64,000 bases of DNA, from NCBI GenBank assembly GCA_965649825.1, contig OZ287708.1:203311-267310 (forward strand), in the 5' to 3' direction. This DNA is from Penicillus capitatus. Taxonomy: Eukaryota; Plantae; Chlorophyta. The position numbers were made by a program, and so were the translations under genes. The notes under the pieces were generated by a model. It had not been told where the DNA came from and did no database searches. It worked only from the letters and a program-made list of their open reading frames with translations. Within the stretch, counting starts at the first letter, position 1. The number at the start of each line of letters is the position of its first letter. Below, in pieces: positions 49,101 through 60,483 of the stretch.

Positions 49101-50994
49101 ATGGACATAAGTTTAAGATCTGGACAGCCGAACACAACCGCACGACTTCGCTTCGGCGCGGCTCGTGTAACGCAGACTGCCCGGACAGATGATAGGAATC
49201 GACGACGACGCGCTGTGAAGCGAGTGCGTAGTGATGTTGCCTAGACGTCGTGTGAAGACGACTGTTCGCGTTAGCTCATGCGTATCGAACGCGGAGGCCA
49301 CCTTTCGAGCGTGATCCATGAGATACCTGATAGCTTTGCATCTGCCGAAGTAGCAAGGTGGCGGCATTATTCCTGATGGAGTGCTCGAGACGCGGTGTGG
49401 TACAGAGAAGCGCGCGAAATGACGTTTCTGGTTTCAGGCGTCACCCGTCTGCGATTGAAACTTGACGACATTCTTGCACAGTACTGCAAAGAACCACTGA
49501 AAAAATTGGACAAGACTGCTGTACTGCAGGTAAAGATGAGTGCATCTGTGGCTGGCATTGTGGATGCCATTGGTGCCCAGATCTTGAGGCTGGGCGTGTT
49601 TGAACTCCTCGAAATGAAGAAGCCTCCACACGTTATCAACGAGTATGTCCAATTGGCGAAGCAGTACGGATTGTCGCCACTCGTTAACGGCATCCTGCGA
49701 AGCTTTCAGAGGGATCTGTTTTCTGGCACAATGCCACCAGCCACCAATGTACCTCCTTCTATAGCATCGTCATGCAAATGCGTCATGTGCGAGATGGTTT
49801 AGTTCGATCTGGCATCGGATGACAAAGAGAAAATCGTTGCCGGTATGAGTGTTGCCTATTCGCATCCGGAATGGATGATTCGACGATGGCTTCGCGTGTG
49901 GACGGCAGCAGAAACCATTTCGTTCATGGAGCACAACAACAGGTGTTTGCGATACCATTGCTCTGGAATCCTCAACGATCGTGTTTGTAAATCCCTAGCT
50001 ACCCATCGCAGGGGATACGATTCTTGACAGAGGATTTCGTGCACGCAGAGGAACAAGTGAATGAGAGGTTGCAGATTCTTAGAGAGAAGGGTGTGGATGC
50101 CGAAGTCTCTCCTTATCTGCCATCCCACTTTCTCCGAGTGCACAGAGGCCTTCAATCCGTTCTGCTTCCGCCCTATCACAAACAGATTCTTATCCAGGTG
50201 CTGTGCATTCAGAGTTTTTGAATAAGGCCAGTGTCCACTGATGAATTTGTGTTTCAGGATGAAGCTGCTGGATTGGTGGTCGCCCTCATGCTAACTCCAC
50301 TACCACATGAGAGAATCCTCGATTGCTGTGCAGCCCCTGGAGGAAAACTCTTCTTCATTGCACAGCTCATGGCCAACTCCGTGAAAACACATCCCCTTGA
50401 ACATGCCTCTCTCACTTTATATGATGCAGGGGGAACTTGTCGCCGTTGAGCCGCAGAGTGTCAGATTTTCTACGATGACAAAAATAGCTGACCGTCACGG
50501 TTTCGATTGCATCGAGTTTCACCAAAAGACCCTTCAGGACTTTGCTGTTCATCACTCAGAAAACAGAGAGTCATTGTTCGATCGAGTCCTGTTAGATGTG
50601 CCCTGTTCTGGAACGGGTGTCATGGCAAAGAGGGCGGATCTGAGATGGAAGCGTCGACCAGAAGATCTGATGGATCTCATTCATCTACAGGTCACACCTC
50701 CAACAGTCCTTTTCTGCTATCGCACCCTTCTTGCAGGACGAACTGTTGAACATTGCTGCCACACTAGTGAAACCTGGCGGTCTTCTGGTCTACAGTACGT
50801 GCAGTGTGGAGCAAGATGAGAACGCCCAACGCATTGTCGCCTTTCTCGCCGCCCATCCGCACTTCCGTATGGAGCCGCCTCCTGTTCAGAATGCGCATCA
50901 GGCGAGTGTGGTCCATGGAATGGCCCTGCAGACATTGCCGCATCGAGATGGCATTGATGGCGCATTTGCCGTGCGTCTTCGATCCACCTATTGA
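49101..50994 (+). CDS. RsmB: Plastid RsmB/Sun 16S rRNA m5C methyltransferase (NusB + MTase), multi-exon
   Basis: LMRIERGG, LVNGILR, AYSHPEWMIRRW, QDEAAGLV, ILDCCAAPGGK, FDRVLLDVPCSGTGV, LVYSTCSVE, DGIDGAFAVRL. The start is approximate. Confidence 0.93.
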
Positions 50995-50997
50995 ATC

Positions 50998-53709
50998 ATG
51001 TGTTGTTGGCGCTGGTTGCGTCTATTGACATTGCTCGTGTTTTTTGGCAACTGCTGTGTGGGAGATGCTCTTAAGGAATCGGATTTCAAAAAATGCCAAG
51101 ACCTTTCGTTCTGTCGACGGAACCGGCAAAGTACCGACGACCGCCGCTACCGTGTCCTCTCAGAAACGCTCACTATCAGCGAGACAGTCGTCACCGGTCG
51201 TTTGTATAACGACGCAGCCGAAAAGGAGTTCCCTTTTACTGTGTCATCGGTCTCGGGCCCTTCCGTCCGTCTCGAAGTGACAGAGGGGTCTCCCGTCGAA
51301 CGTTACCGTACTCATGACGTCCTGACGCATGACCCACTACGCACCGGTCCTTCGTGGTGGTCCGACCAAAACGACGACCGCCTCAGACTCACATTCAATG
51401 ACGGGACAAGCATCGTCCTACATTTCAATCCCTTTCTCTTAGAAGCTGATCGCAGCGGAGAGACATTGCTCCAGATCAATGCCCACGGAATGTTTCATGT
51501 GGAACACACTCGGGATAAGGATGAGAATGCGGCAGATGGGGACTGGAAAGAATCGTTCAAGAATTTTCAGGATTCGAAGCCCAAAGGGCCGCAGGCATTG
51601 AGTCTGGATGTCAGTTATGTTGGAATCTCACATGTCTTTGGCATACCGGAGCATTCCAGTCATTTCTCACTCCCTGTGACGATCGAGAACGGTGAGCCTG
51701 TGTCGGAGCCGTACCGTCTCTACAACTTGGACGTGTTTGAGTATCATCTGAATTCTCCTTTTAGCCTCTACGGCTCAATTCCTTTTCTCCTTGGACAGAA
51801 TGTGAAACAGAGTGTTGGTGTGTTCTGGCTCAATACCGCAGAGATGTATATCGACATTTGGAAAGATGCCAAAGGGACACAGAGTCAATGGATGGCAGAG
51901 AGTGGCATCTTGGATGTGTTTCTGATGCTGGGGCCCTCTACCAAAGATGTCGTGCAGCAGTATGCTGCCCTGACTGGCACCACCGCTATGCCACAGTACT
52001 TTGCATTGGGTTACCATCAGTGTCGATGGAATTACAAGAATGAAGAAGACGTCAGAAATGTCGACGCGACCTTCGATCAGCACGGCATTCCGTACGATGT
52101 CATCTGGCTCGATATTGAACACACAGATCAGAAGAAATACATGACGTGGGACAAAGGGGCATTTCCGAATCCAGTCAAGATGCAAGAAGATATCGCTGCT
52201 AAGGGACGCAAAATGGTGACCATTGTCGATCCACATATCAAGACCGATGACCGCTACCAGATTCACTCGGAGGCCAAGAAGAAAGGATACTATGTCAAGA
52301 ACACAGACGGGACGGATTTCGTCGGGCATTGCTGGGCTGGATCAAGTTCTTACTTGGATGTGACGCGGCCAGAAGTCCGGGCCTGGTGGGCTGAGCAGTT
52401 CCAGGTGGGCGTCTATCAAGGCATGACACGCCATCTCTATATTTGGAATGATATGAATGAGCCCAGTGTCTTTAACGGGCCCGAAATCACGATGCAGAAG
52501 GATCTCTTGCATTCAGGGAACGTGGAGCATCGAGATGTTCACAATCTCTATGGCTATCTCTATCACCTGTCCACCTATGATGGCCTTCTTCAGAGAGGAA
52601 AGCACATCTATGGATCGGATGGAGATCGTCCTTTTGTGCTCTCTAGAGCTTATTTTGCTGGATCGCAGAGGCTGGGTCCTATATGGACGGGCGACAACGC
52701 AGCAGAATGGAGCCATCTAAAGACTTCCATTCCAATGATGCTCAGCAACAATCTAGCAGGAATGTCGTTCTGTGGAGCCGATCTGGGTGGATTCTTTGGC
52801 AACCCAGACAGCGAGCTCTTTACCAGATGGTACCAAACAGGCATTTTCTATCCCTTCGTCCGTGGACATGCTCATATCGAGACCGAGAGACGTGAGCCTT
52901 GGGTGTATGGCGAAGAAACGACGGTTCGTGTGCGAAGAGCTTTGAGAGAACGCTATGCTCTTTTGCCTTATATCTATACGCTTTTCAGGGAGAGCAATCT
53001 TACGGGTGCACCGATCATGCGTCCACTCTGGTACGAGTTCCTTCAGGACAATACCTTCGATATGGAAGAGCAGTTTATGCTCGGTCCATCGATCATGATC
53101 CGTCCCGTTCTGGAGGCAGGCGTAACAGAGATCGAGACGTACTTCCCACCATCTGAGCGATGGTACGATAGCTGGACGGGAGAAGAAATACGATCAACGG
53201 CTGAAAAATCGACGATCGCGATCGGCGTCGATCTCGAGAGAATTCCTGTCTACTACCGCGGCGGCTCGATCATTGTCCGCAAGGAACGGCCGAGACGCAG
53301 CACGATGGCGATGATAAATGATCCGGTGACGATCGTGGTGGCTGTTGACGCAGAAGGTCATGCTGAAGGGGAGCTTTACATGGATGACGGCCACAGTTTT
53401 GCCTTCCATCGGTCACAATATCTACATCGACGATTCACCTTTGCCAACAATGAGTTGACCAGCACCACCGCTAACAAAAGCACAAGAGAAGTGGCTTACA
53501 AAGCCAACATCACCATTGAGAAAATCATCCTCCTTGGCATCCCTGAGAATTTCGATGTGTATGATAAAGCGTCACAGAAGCACATCGAAACCAGTTGGGG
53601 TCCATTGCGTCTCGAGACCAGACTACCGAGAAAAGCACTTGTCCTCAAGAAACCAGATATGTCGATCGATGAAGATTGGGCGCTTCGGTTTTCCCTTCCA
53701 AAACAGTAA
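50998..53709 (+). CDS. GANAB: ER glucosidase II alpha subunit (GH31), intronless, 903 aa
   Basis: Signal peptide followed by DFKKCQDLSFCRRNR, PYRLYNLDVFEY, YHQCRWNY, DVIWLDIEH, catalytic WNDMNEPSVF, WTGDNAAEW, RGHAH. Confidence 0.98.
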   Translation: MCCWRWLRLLTLLVFFGNCCVGDALKESDFKKCQDLSFCRRNRQSTDDRRYRVLSETLTISETVVTGRLYNDAAEKEFPFTVSSVSGPSVRLEVTEGSPVERYRTHDVLTHDPLRTGPSWWSDQNDDRLRLTFNDGTSIVLHFNPFLLEADRSGETLLQINAHGMFHVEHTRDKDENAADGDWKESFKNFQDSKPKGPQALSLDVSYVGISHVFGIPEHSSHFSLPVTIENGEPVSEPYRLYNLDVFEYHLNSPFSLYGSIPFLLGQNVKQSVGVFWLNTAEMYIDIWKDAKGTQSQWMAESGILDVFLMLGPSTKDVVQQYAALTGTTAMPQYFALGYHQCRWNYKNEEDVRNVDATFDQHGIPYDVIWLDIEHTDQKKYMTWDKGAFPNPVKMQEDIAAKGRKMVTIVDPHIKTDDRYQIHSEAKKKGYYVKNTDGTDFVGHCWAGSSSYLDVTRPEVRAWWAEQFQVGVYQGMTRHLYIWNDMNEPSVFNGPEITMQKDLLHSGNVEHRDVHNLYGYLYHLSTYDGLLQRGKHIYGSDGDRPFVLSRAYFAGSQRLGPIWTGDNAAEWSHLKTSIPMMLSNNLAGMSFCGADLGGFFGNPDSELFTRWYQTGIFYPFVRGHAHIETERREPWVYGEETTVRVRRALRERYALLPYIYTLFRESNLTGAPIMRPLWYEFLQDNTFDMEEQFMLGPSIMIRPVLEAGVTEIETYFPPSERWYDSWTGEEIRSTAEKSTIAIGVDLERIPVYYRGGSIIVRKERPRRSTMAMINDPVTIVVAVDAEGHAEGELYMDDGHSFAFHRSQYLHRRFTFANNELTSTTANKSTREVAYKANITIEKIILLGIPENFDVYDKASQKHIETSWGPLRLETRLPRKALVLKKPDMSIDEDWALRFSLPKQ

Positions 53710-53729
53710 AGTCGTCATTTTACAGAGCT

Positions 53730-53734
53730 TGTAA
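53730..53734 (+). terminator. Chlorophyte-type TGTAA polyadenylation signal
   Basis: TGTAA lies 20 nt after the GANAB stop codon. Similar motifs follow TBCA (around 16646 and 16663). Confidence 0.4.
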
Positions 53735-53935
53735 GTTGTTGTTGTTGTTGTTCCGTGTACACCCCAGATTAGTAAGTGAGTGCTCAATGTCACAACACAG
53801 CTCATGTGTACGCGTCAATCGTACCAGTCGGCTCACGAAGATTTGTCTGCGTTACCCACATTATTCCGCAGATCAGCTTGAGGGCGATAGAATTCGATGA
53901 TAGCTGCGGGGAGAAGATCACCCCATGAAAATTAA

Positions 53936-54448
53936 TTACTGCATCAGCAATTCAGGACGCTGCTGCAGCATTGAACAGCGTTCATAAAACCGTGTTGTGC
54001 GGTGCATGAGTTGCTCAAATCGCGCTTGGCTAGAATCACGAACCACTTCGAGTGGTGGTGGTATTGGTGTTGTTGCACAATCTCCTTGCATTTCTACAAC
54101 ATTATCAGATGTCCTAGTATTGGCTCCCCGATGGACACCTATCGTCTTACCTGAGTCACTGTCTGTCTCGTCGTTTGACATCCGCGACGCGGCCAGCAAT
54201 TCTTGACGCCGTTCTGGTTGACTCCACTTGTGCGCGAAAGTCCATGCGCGATTCATGACGGTCTGATACCCAGCTTCGAGGGAATCTACCCGACGTGGCG
54301 GTTGCGGTTGGTCGGATACCGACTCAACGTCTACAGAACCGACGTCGATTTCGATGGCCACGTCCTCGTCGCAACTATCCTCCTCGACCATCGGAGCGCC
54401 GCATGCGACGATTCGCAACATCCCGTGGAACAAACGCGAAAACGTCAT
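53936..54448 (-). CDS. Orphan protein (~170 aa), acidic/low-complexity
   Basis: MTFSRLFHGMLRIVACGAPMVEED...ARFEQLMHRTTRFYERCSMLQQRPELLMQ*. It fills the gap between two genes, and no motif was recognised. Confidence 0.5.
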   Translation of the reverse strand: MTFSRLFHGMLRIVACGAPMVEEDSCDEDVAIEIDVGSVDVESVSDQPQPPRRVDSLEAGYQTVMNRAWTFAHKWSQPERRQELLAASRMSNDETDSDSGKTIGVHRGANTRTSDNVVEMQGDCATTPIPPPLEVVRDSSQARFEQLMHRTTRFYERCSMLQQRPELLMQ

Positions 54449-54666
54449 GTTTGCGTCGGGGGACGTGTCTGTTGGGTACGGACGAGAGAGGGTTGCTAGA
54501 ATGACGACAGTGCGACTCAATGCCACTAAAACGATGCAAGAAGTATAAACAGAGGGGTATACTACGAACAACGAGGGATAAACGATGCGAATGACTGGAT
54601 GTTGTGAAAAACGATGCTCTGACCAGAGAGGAGGTGGCAGTACGCCGTGATGTGACGTGCGATGAC

Positions 54667-56804
54667 ATGCGGGCAACGCGGCTGCTGATCCGAACACCGC
54701 GGGTCTGGGGTTTGGAATGGCGAAGTGCTCTGCTTCCGCGAAGCGCTGTCTGGAAAAAAGGCATTCGCCAGCGAGGATCCTACCAGACACAGGCATCGGT
54801 TGCTTCGGTCGTCGAAGACACAGTGGACCCTCGTGAAGATGAGGGCACTTCTTTGCGCAAACTGCAGCTGCGTGCATCGTTGGTGGATGGATTGATGGAA
54901 GCCGGCATCACATCCTTTACTGAAATCCAGGTCTATCTGTAGCGAACACTTGTTGTCAGCAGCAATCTGTTTGTGATCTCTAGGAGAAAGCGATTCCTGT
55001 CATTCGAGAATGGAAAGACGTGTTGATTGCTTCGCATACAGGATCCGGCAAAACCTATGCTTACTTGCTGCCCATCGTCATCTCATAGATATCGTCGATC
55101 TGTTGTGCGAGTTGGGATTTTTTGTCTGGCAGATTGAACGGTTGAAGAATGAGGAAGAGGCCGAAGATGTTACCGCTCCGCTGAGAGAAAAACGACCGAG
55201 AGCTATTGTCTTGGGTCCCGCTCGCGAACTGACCGATCAAGTGAGATGCGATGCCAGATAGATGGAGATGCGATTTACGGTTTGCAGATTCTGAAAGTGG
55301 CCAAGTCTTTGAGTCATCATGCCAAATTCTGTTCCACTGTCCTCAATGCAGGCAGCAAGTGAGATAGATGCCTTGCTCACGGAACTCCAAACAGACAGAC
55401 ACTTCACAAACAGGTCACAGGTGCAGAAACAGAGTTTAGCCTTACACCAGGACATCGTCGTGGCAACACCTGCGAAACTGTTGGAACACCATTCTGCCAA
55501 AAATGTCTTCCTACGCGATGTCCAAGTCCTGGTCCGTGGTGCCTCTGTACATACCCCTTGCTGACATCTTTACGTCGGAGGTGTTGGATGAGGCAGATAC
55601 TTTGTTGGACGAGACATTTTTGAGGGATACGAGGTTCATTGTCAACATGCTTAAGTATAAAGAAGGTCGCTGTCAATTCATTTTGGTGGCGGCGACGGTC
55701 ACCAAGGTCAGCTATCGGTTCTCTGTCACTCCTGTTCGAGATGGAAACGTGCAGAAAGTGCAGTCACTTATGAAATTGATGTTTCCCGATTTGGTGGTTG
55801 TTCAAACATCGACGTTGCACAAAGGCGTCTCGGGATCTCTCCACAACTTCCCCATTCTCAAACCTGGAGAGGACAAACTGCATCTGTTAAGAGATGTCTG
55901 TCATCGGAAGTGTGAGAACGATCGGTCACTCTTTGTGTGGATTTGAGTAGGTACTGGCAAGAGGAAAGAACAGATCTGCCAAGACCATGGTGTTCTGCAA
56001 TACTCTGAACAGTTGTCGTTGTGTTGAACATGTTCTTCAAGAACAGGGCTTTGCTACACTCTGCTATCACGGTGAAGTGCCCAAGAGCGAACGCAAAGGC
56101 ATCATCGATCGGTTTGCGGGTGCAACACATCCTCTTGCGGTTTTCTTATCTAAAATTTCTGCCATAGATTATGAGCACGAAAATCATATCCTCGTCTCCA
56201 CAGATCTTGCGTCGAGAGGGTTGGATATCCCGGGACACGTAGATCACATCATCAACTTTGATTTCCCTCGTACTGCTGTAAGTATATTGTCGCAGAAGGA
56301 ATGGTATATGTGTGACGGAATGTGTGATCCAGATTGATTATCTCCATCGAAGTGGCCGAACGGCTCGGGCCGGTTCGACGGGGAAGATCACATCACTGGT
56401 TTCTGGAAAAGATCGAATCCTGGCAGATCGCATCAAATGGGCCATCAACAATGACAATCCACTCGACGAATTGAGTGCGGACAAAAGAATCCTTCCACCG
56501 TCGTCCAGGTCCTTGTCAGAAATGGTTGATGTCTACTGCTCTAAACGCTGTGTCCAACAGACCGGCGAACAACGACAGAAAGAAGGCGGATTCTCGTCTA
56601 ACCTCTTTGTCGAACAGATCGGCAGACAAGGACAAAAAGAAAGCAGGTTCTCCGACGAAGCCCACGATGAAAGGTCTCAGAGGAACCAAACGCATTGAGG
56701 CGTTGGAAATACGAGCCAAAGAGATGGCCAAAAAGAAGAGACTGACGAAGAGAACATCACACAAAAAGCGACGCGACTCGATTTTCCAGAAGAAGAAGAA
56801 ATGA
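54667..56804 (+). CDS. Organellar DEAD-box RNA helicase (RH39/RH50-like), multi-exon
   Basis: SFTEIQ, SHTGSGKTYAYLLP, PARELTDQ, IVVATP, LDEAD, MVFCNT, LVSTDLASRGLD, DYLHRSGRTARAG, and a basic C-terminal tail. Confidence 0.93.
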
Positions 56805-56833
56805 TTATGGGTGTTTTGTTACAGTATTTAACA

Positions 56834-57907
56834 TCAGCCATCGTCAAACGCTCCCAACTGTTCGACTTCGCTCAGAAATGCAGACATCTTCTGTTCCATC
56901 GATGTCTGTGCATGGTCCTGTATCTCACTCTTCGTAGCGACAGAAAAACCCGGCGTCAGATCTGGCTTCCTTACAGATCCCCTTTTCTTCTGCTGTTGTT
57001 CACGCTTGATCTTCACAGAAGCAGGTACCTACAGCTCAGGATGCTGGCACTTGTTGAGTTATCTGCTTGGTATGGTGACCATGGATGTGATGGCCTTATC
57101 ATTCTGAGCCAGAGGCTTCTTGATAACCGTAGGAGCTGCTGTGATTGTGGGTTTGTGATTCTTGACGACATCGGCGGTCGATCGCTGAGGACTCTGTACG
57201 GGAAGTCCTATTTTTTGAACAGGAGCATCTGTTATGAAACCTTGCACTGTGCGACTCTCCTGATGGTTATCTTACACATTGTCGAGTGCACGGAGTACAT
57301 TGGCTGTGGCAACGGACTCGAGAAAAGTCCGGGAGGTGGACCAGGCGGTGGAGGAATTGCCATGTATCCTGGTGGTGCCCCTAACGGAGGCGGAAGAATA
57401 TGTGATGTGACGTTCTCTGCATGCGCCGGCGGTTTTCCTGGTGGTAATGGAGGGGGAGAGGGCACTGGGAAGAGACTCTGTAATGACTGGGAAGCCACAG
57501 GGGCAGTTGTATAGCCGGATATGCTTTCCACTGTCTCTAGCTCAGGTTCATCTCCTCCCTCTGCCGTTTCCTGAGCCTTCATCTCGGTTTCCTGAGCAAT
57601 ATGTCCAGACAGGAGAAAGGATGGACCTGGCTGTTCGATCGTTTACCTTCTGTTTACGTAGGGCATGGTCGTAAGCGTCCTGCAGAACTTTCTTCTTGAG
57701 GCGTAAGTTTTTGTTCAGCGAGCCATTCTCTTCGGCGACGATAATCGAACTCAATTCGGCCTTCAGCGAACTGGCATTGTTGATTTTTCGGTGTGCTTCC
57801 CGCTGAAACTTCCGCTCGAGTTTGTTGCGGTTGACTTGTTTCCGACGCTCTTCTTTGCGGTAAGCATCGGTTGGATTCATCGAGCGTCCACCCTTCGTCT
57901 TCACCAT
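56834..57907 (-). CDS. WBP11: WW-domain-binding protein 11 (splicing factor)
   Basis: MVKTKGGRSMNPTDAYRKEERRKQVNRNKLER (Wbp11 N-terminal domain), a Pro-rich middle, and C-terminal MSAFLSEVEQLGAF. Confidence 0.9.
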
Positions 57908-58179
57908 CGCGACAGTGACGTACGTATCGAAGGATGGAAAGTGTGGAGATGATTTCTGCTGTCTTTTGCTCTAATTGTCAACTATTGTACCACATCAAAC
58001 GCTGCTCCAACACTCAACCTCGCGATATGATGGTGATGATGTAAACGAAACTCTCTTAACTGTTCGGACGATATGCGAAAGCGGAAGCGAAGAGCTGTCC
58101 ATTGAAAAACAGTCACTGCAACCATAAAGCACTTATAGTCAGAGAAAGCTTAAACAAGACGTTCATCGACAGACACTCT

Positions 58180-59009
58180 TTAATGTGACCGAAAACATCT
58201 TCGAAACGTTCATGGAGAACTTCTTATGTGCACTCGGATCAGCGTTCTCGCTGATATCCATCGGTTTTCTTTTGATCGGGTATTCTCCTTGCTTCTCGGT
58301 TTTACGATTGATGAGTTGGTTATGTTGCACGATACAGTCAGGTTGTGTGAGAGCTTGGCAAAGCATTTCCTGTACCTCACGTGTGCTAAAGAAGTACAGT
58401 AAAGTCAAGTTGTGAACGTGGAAACCAAAGTTGACAGAATTCATCCACGATGTTATGCGGACGCAAGAGGCAGTCCGTACTCATTGAAAACTGATCGGCG
58501 TTGGCAGAATACAGACATTTAAGAAAGTAAGCCTATATGTATGTGGCTGGCTGCCTGTTTCAGAAAGCAAACAATAGAAACAATACTAAAGAGGTCATTC
58601 TTACATGCAGGCGACATTCCCTTGATTGTGCTCTCTGTCATGGACTTGACGGAAATGACTTGATCGTTGCAGAGCCGTCGGAGGAAAGATATATATATCC
58701 GAAGAAGTCGACCCGTGTCAAGAGCGTGGAGCAGCTGTCCAAGCATGTCGACTGAACGAGGTTACCGATTGCAGACGGAGATCTCTTCTGTGGGATCTTC
58801 TTCTATCGTCAGAGATGAAGAGTGATATGACAGATAATGAAATTGAATCGATGCTGGATCGCTGGAGAGTCTCGAGAAAGTGGCCGAAGCCGAATCTCGC
58901 CAAGGTACAACTACAAAGACGGGCAGATGCTTTAACAGAGGAGTTCGTGTCTTCGACAGATAACGCTGAAACCAAGAAGGGATTGAAAAAAGGATTCCTG
59001 TCGGCATAA
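58180..59009 (+). CDS. Uncharacterised multi-exon gene (model unresolved)
   Basis: Protein-like open segments SVLADIHRFSFDRVFSLLLGFTIDELVMLHDTVRLCESLAKHFLYLTCAKE and LLWDLLLSSEMKSDMTDNEIESMLDRWRVSRKWPKP are flanked by candidate splice sites. The start was not found. Confidence 0.35.
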
Positions 59010-59721
59010 CAACAACCAAACGCTCAGCCATCTGCAAAACCGAAGGCTGTTCACTGCTCTCTTCCCGTTTCTCATAAATCTGGCAGAGCATCGGCGATGA
59101 CGACTGAGCAAAAAGATGAACAGTCCGTTTGTGTCTCGGAAACGGTGCGAGAGAGGAACATCCAGATGGAGGAGAGCGCAGAGGACACTGGCACCGAGAA
59201 GGTCGGCATCTCTGAATCGGCCAATGTATGGCGGCTCTGGAATTCTGTAGTCGGATAAGAGTATGTCACTCTTGAAGAAAAGATTGCTCGTAGGGCGCCG
59301 TATTATATAGTTTCCTCATCTGTCATGGCTTCTCACGGTGAAGAGAGAAATGCTCACGGGGAAATGCGCACTCAGCTGCTCGGGTCTTGATAATGAAGGC
59401 TGACGGCTAAAATGTCGTCGGACACAAGTTGACTGGCAGAGTGCACGAAGCACAGCGACGTATAGGACTGTTCTGAAAGTACTTGTTTTCGAGTCAGTGA
59501 TATCTATCCTACGGTCGGTCCGTCAGACGTTCGGCGCGTTAGGCGTCTATCTTTTTGCAGCGTCTTGCACGTCCGCATACGAAATCCAGGGAAGCATACC
59601 TGTAAGCTTCTCGCGGCGCCCTTGCTGGGTATCCATTCCAATAATCAAAGATGCCGTACTGACAGCGAAAAATGAGAAGCTTCTGAAGTGCGAAACTGCA
59701 AGGTATCGCATACGAGGCTCT

Positions 59722-59727
59722 TATAAA
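59722..59727 (+). promoter_or_regulatory. Candidate TATA box for the secreted-protein gene
   Basis: CTTATAAACG lies ~175 nt upstream of ATG 59899, inside the segment deleted from the left arm. Confidence 0.4.
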
Positions 59728-59898
59728 CGAACGGGTTCTATTCGTTGTAACAGTGTCCGCGGCCGTTTCTCTGTGTCCTCCACCAGAACTCTCGTGTCTC
59801 GTGATTATTACTGTGACACTTGTCTGTGCGATTCCTAACATCCTGTGCCCTTTCACCGACCCCTGACTACGCGCCGCCACCTGTGTCCGTGTTCAGAG

Positions 59899-60483
59899 AT
59901 GTCTCTTGGGCAAGGTCTGACGCAAAAGTAGCGTGTTCTTGTCTGAGACTGCGTTCTGTCGCTGCACAGCGATTCAACTGCTGTGCGCTGTCCTTCTCGC
60001 ATCGGTTGCCGCCGAAGATTCGGCGGCACCTGTCTTTTGCGTTGCGCCTCCGGAGGGTGACTGGGTCGTCGAGCACCACTTTCCGTCCGGGCCTGGCAAT
60101 GATACCATCGTGCTGCAGGCACACAGCATTCTGAAGCTCCAAAAGGAAGCTACTCCATACGTGTACACAGGTAAGGGGAGCATCTCTCGCAGACGTGGAA
60201 ACCGCCGAATCCGTTTTGCATTCTAGGCTACGGTGCGGGTATTTGGACCAATCCCCAGAGTCCCCTGTTCCCTGCAAACACCCCACTGACATACAAACTG
60301 ATAGGACTTTTCAACACGGACAAATGCGTCTTGTCGGGAACAATGTTCAATCTTGAAACGACGGCTGTGGATGCAGCTCTCTGGATATACGACGGCGAGA
60401 AATTGAGCGGTTCATTCGCCACGATGCATAACGGATCTGTGGTGCTCACCTCACTGAGTCATCATGTTATCTATCCCCTTTGA
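59899..60483 (+). CDS. Small secreted protein (157 aa), 3 exons (59899-59914, 59970-60170, 60227-60483)
   Basis: Two GT-AG phase-1 introns give an open frame: MSLGQAIQLLCAVLLASVAA signal-like sequence, then EDSAAPVFCVAPPEGDWVVEHHF...YTGYGAGIWTNP...DKCVLSGTMF...HHVIYPL*. No family recognised. Confidence 0.8.

Noticed and set aside
59007-59009. Alternative genetic code (TAA/TAG = Gln, as in some ulvophytes)
   Set aside because: AGO (MFFV-TAG), GANAB (TAA), OSCA (TAG) and TBCA (TAG) end at TAR exactly where expected, and the long ORFs contain no internal TAR.
8420-59450. Nucleomorph chromosome
   Set aside because: The block encodes mitochondrial proteins (mL53, ATP synthase f), an ER enzyme and autophagy proteins. 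GC is about 50%, and the inverted ends contain no rDNA.
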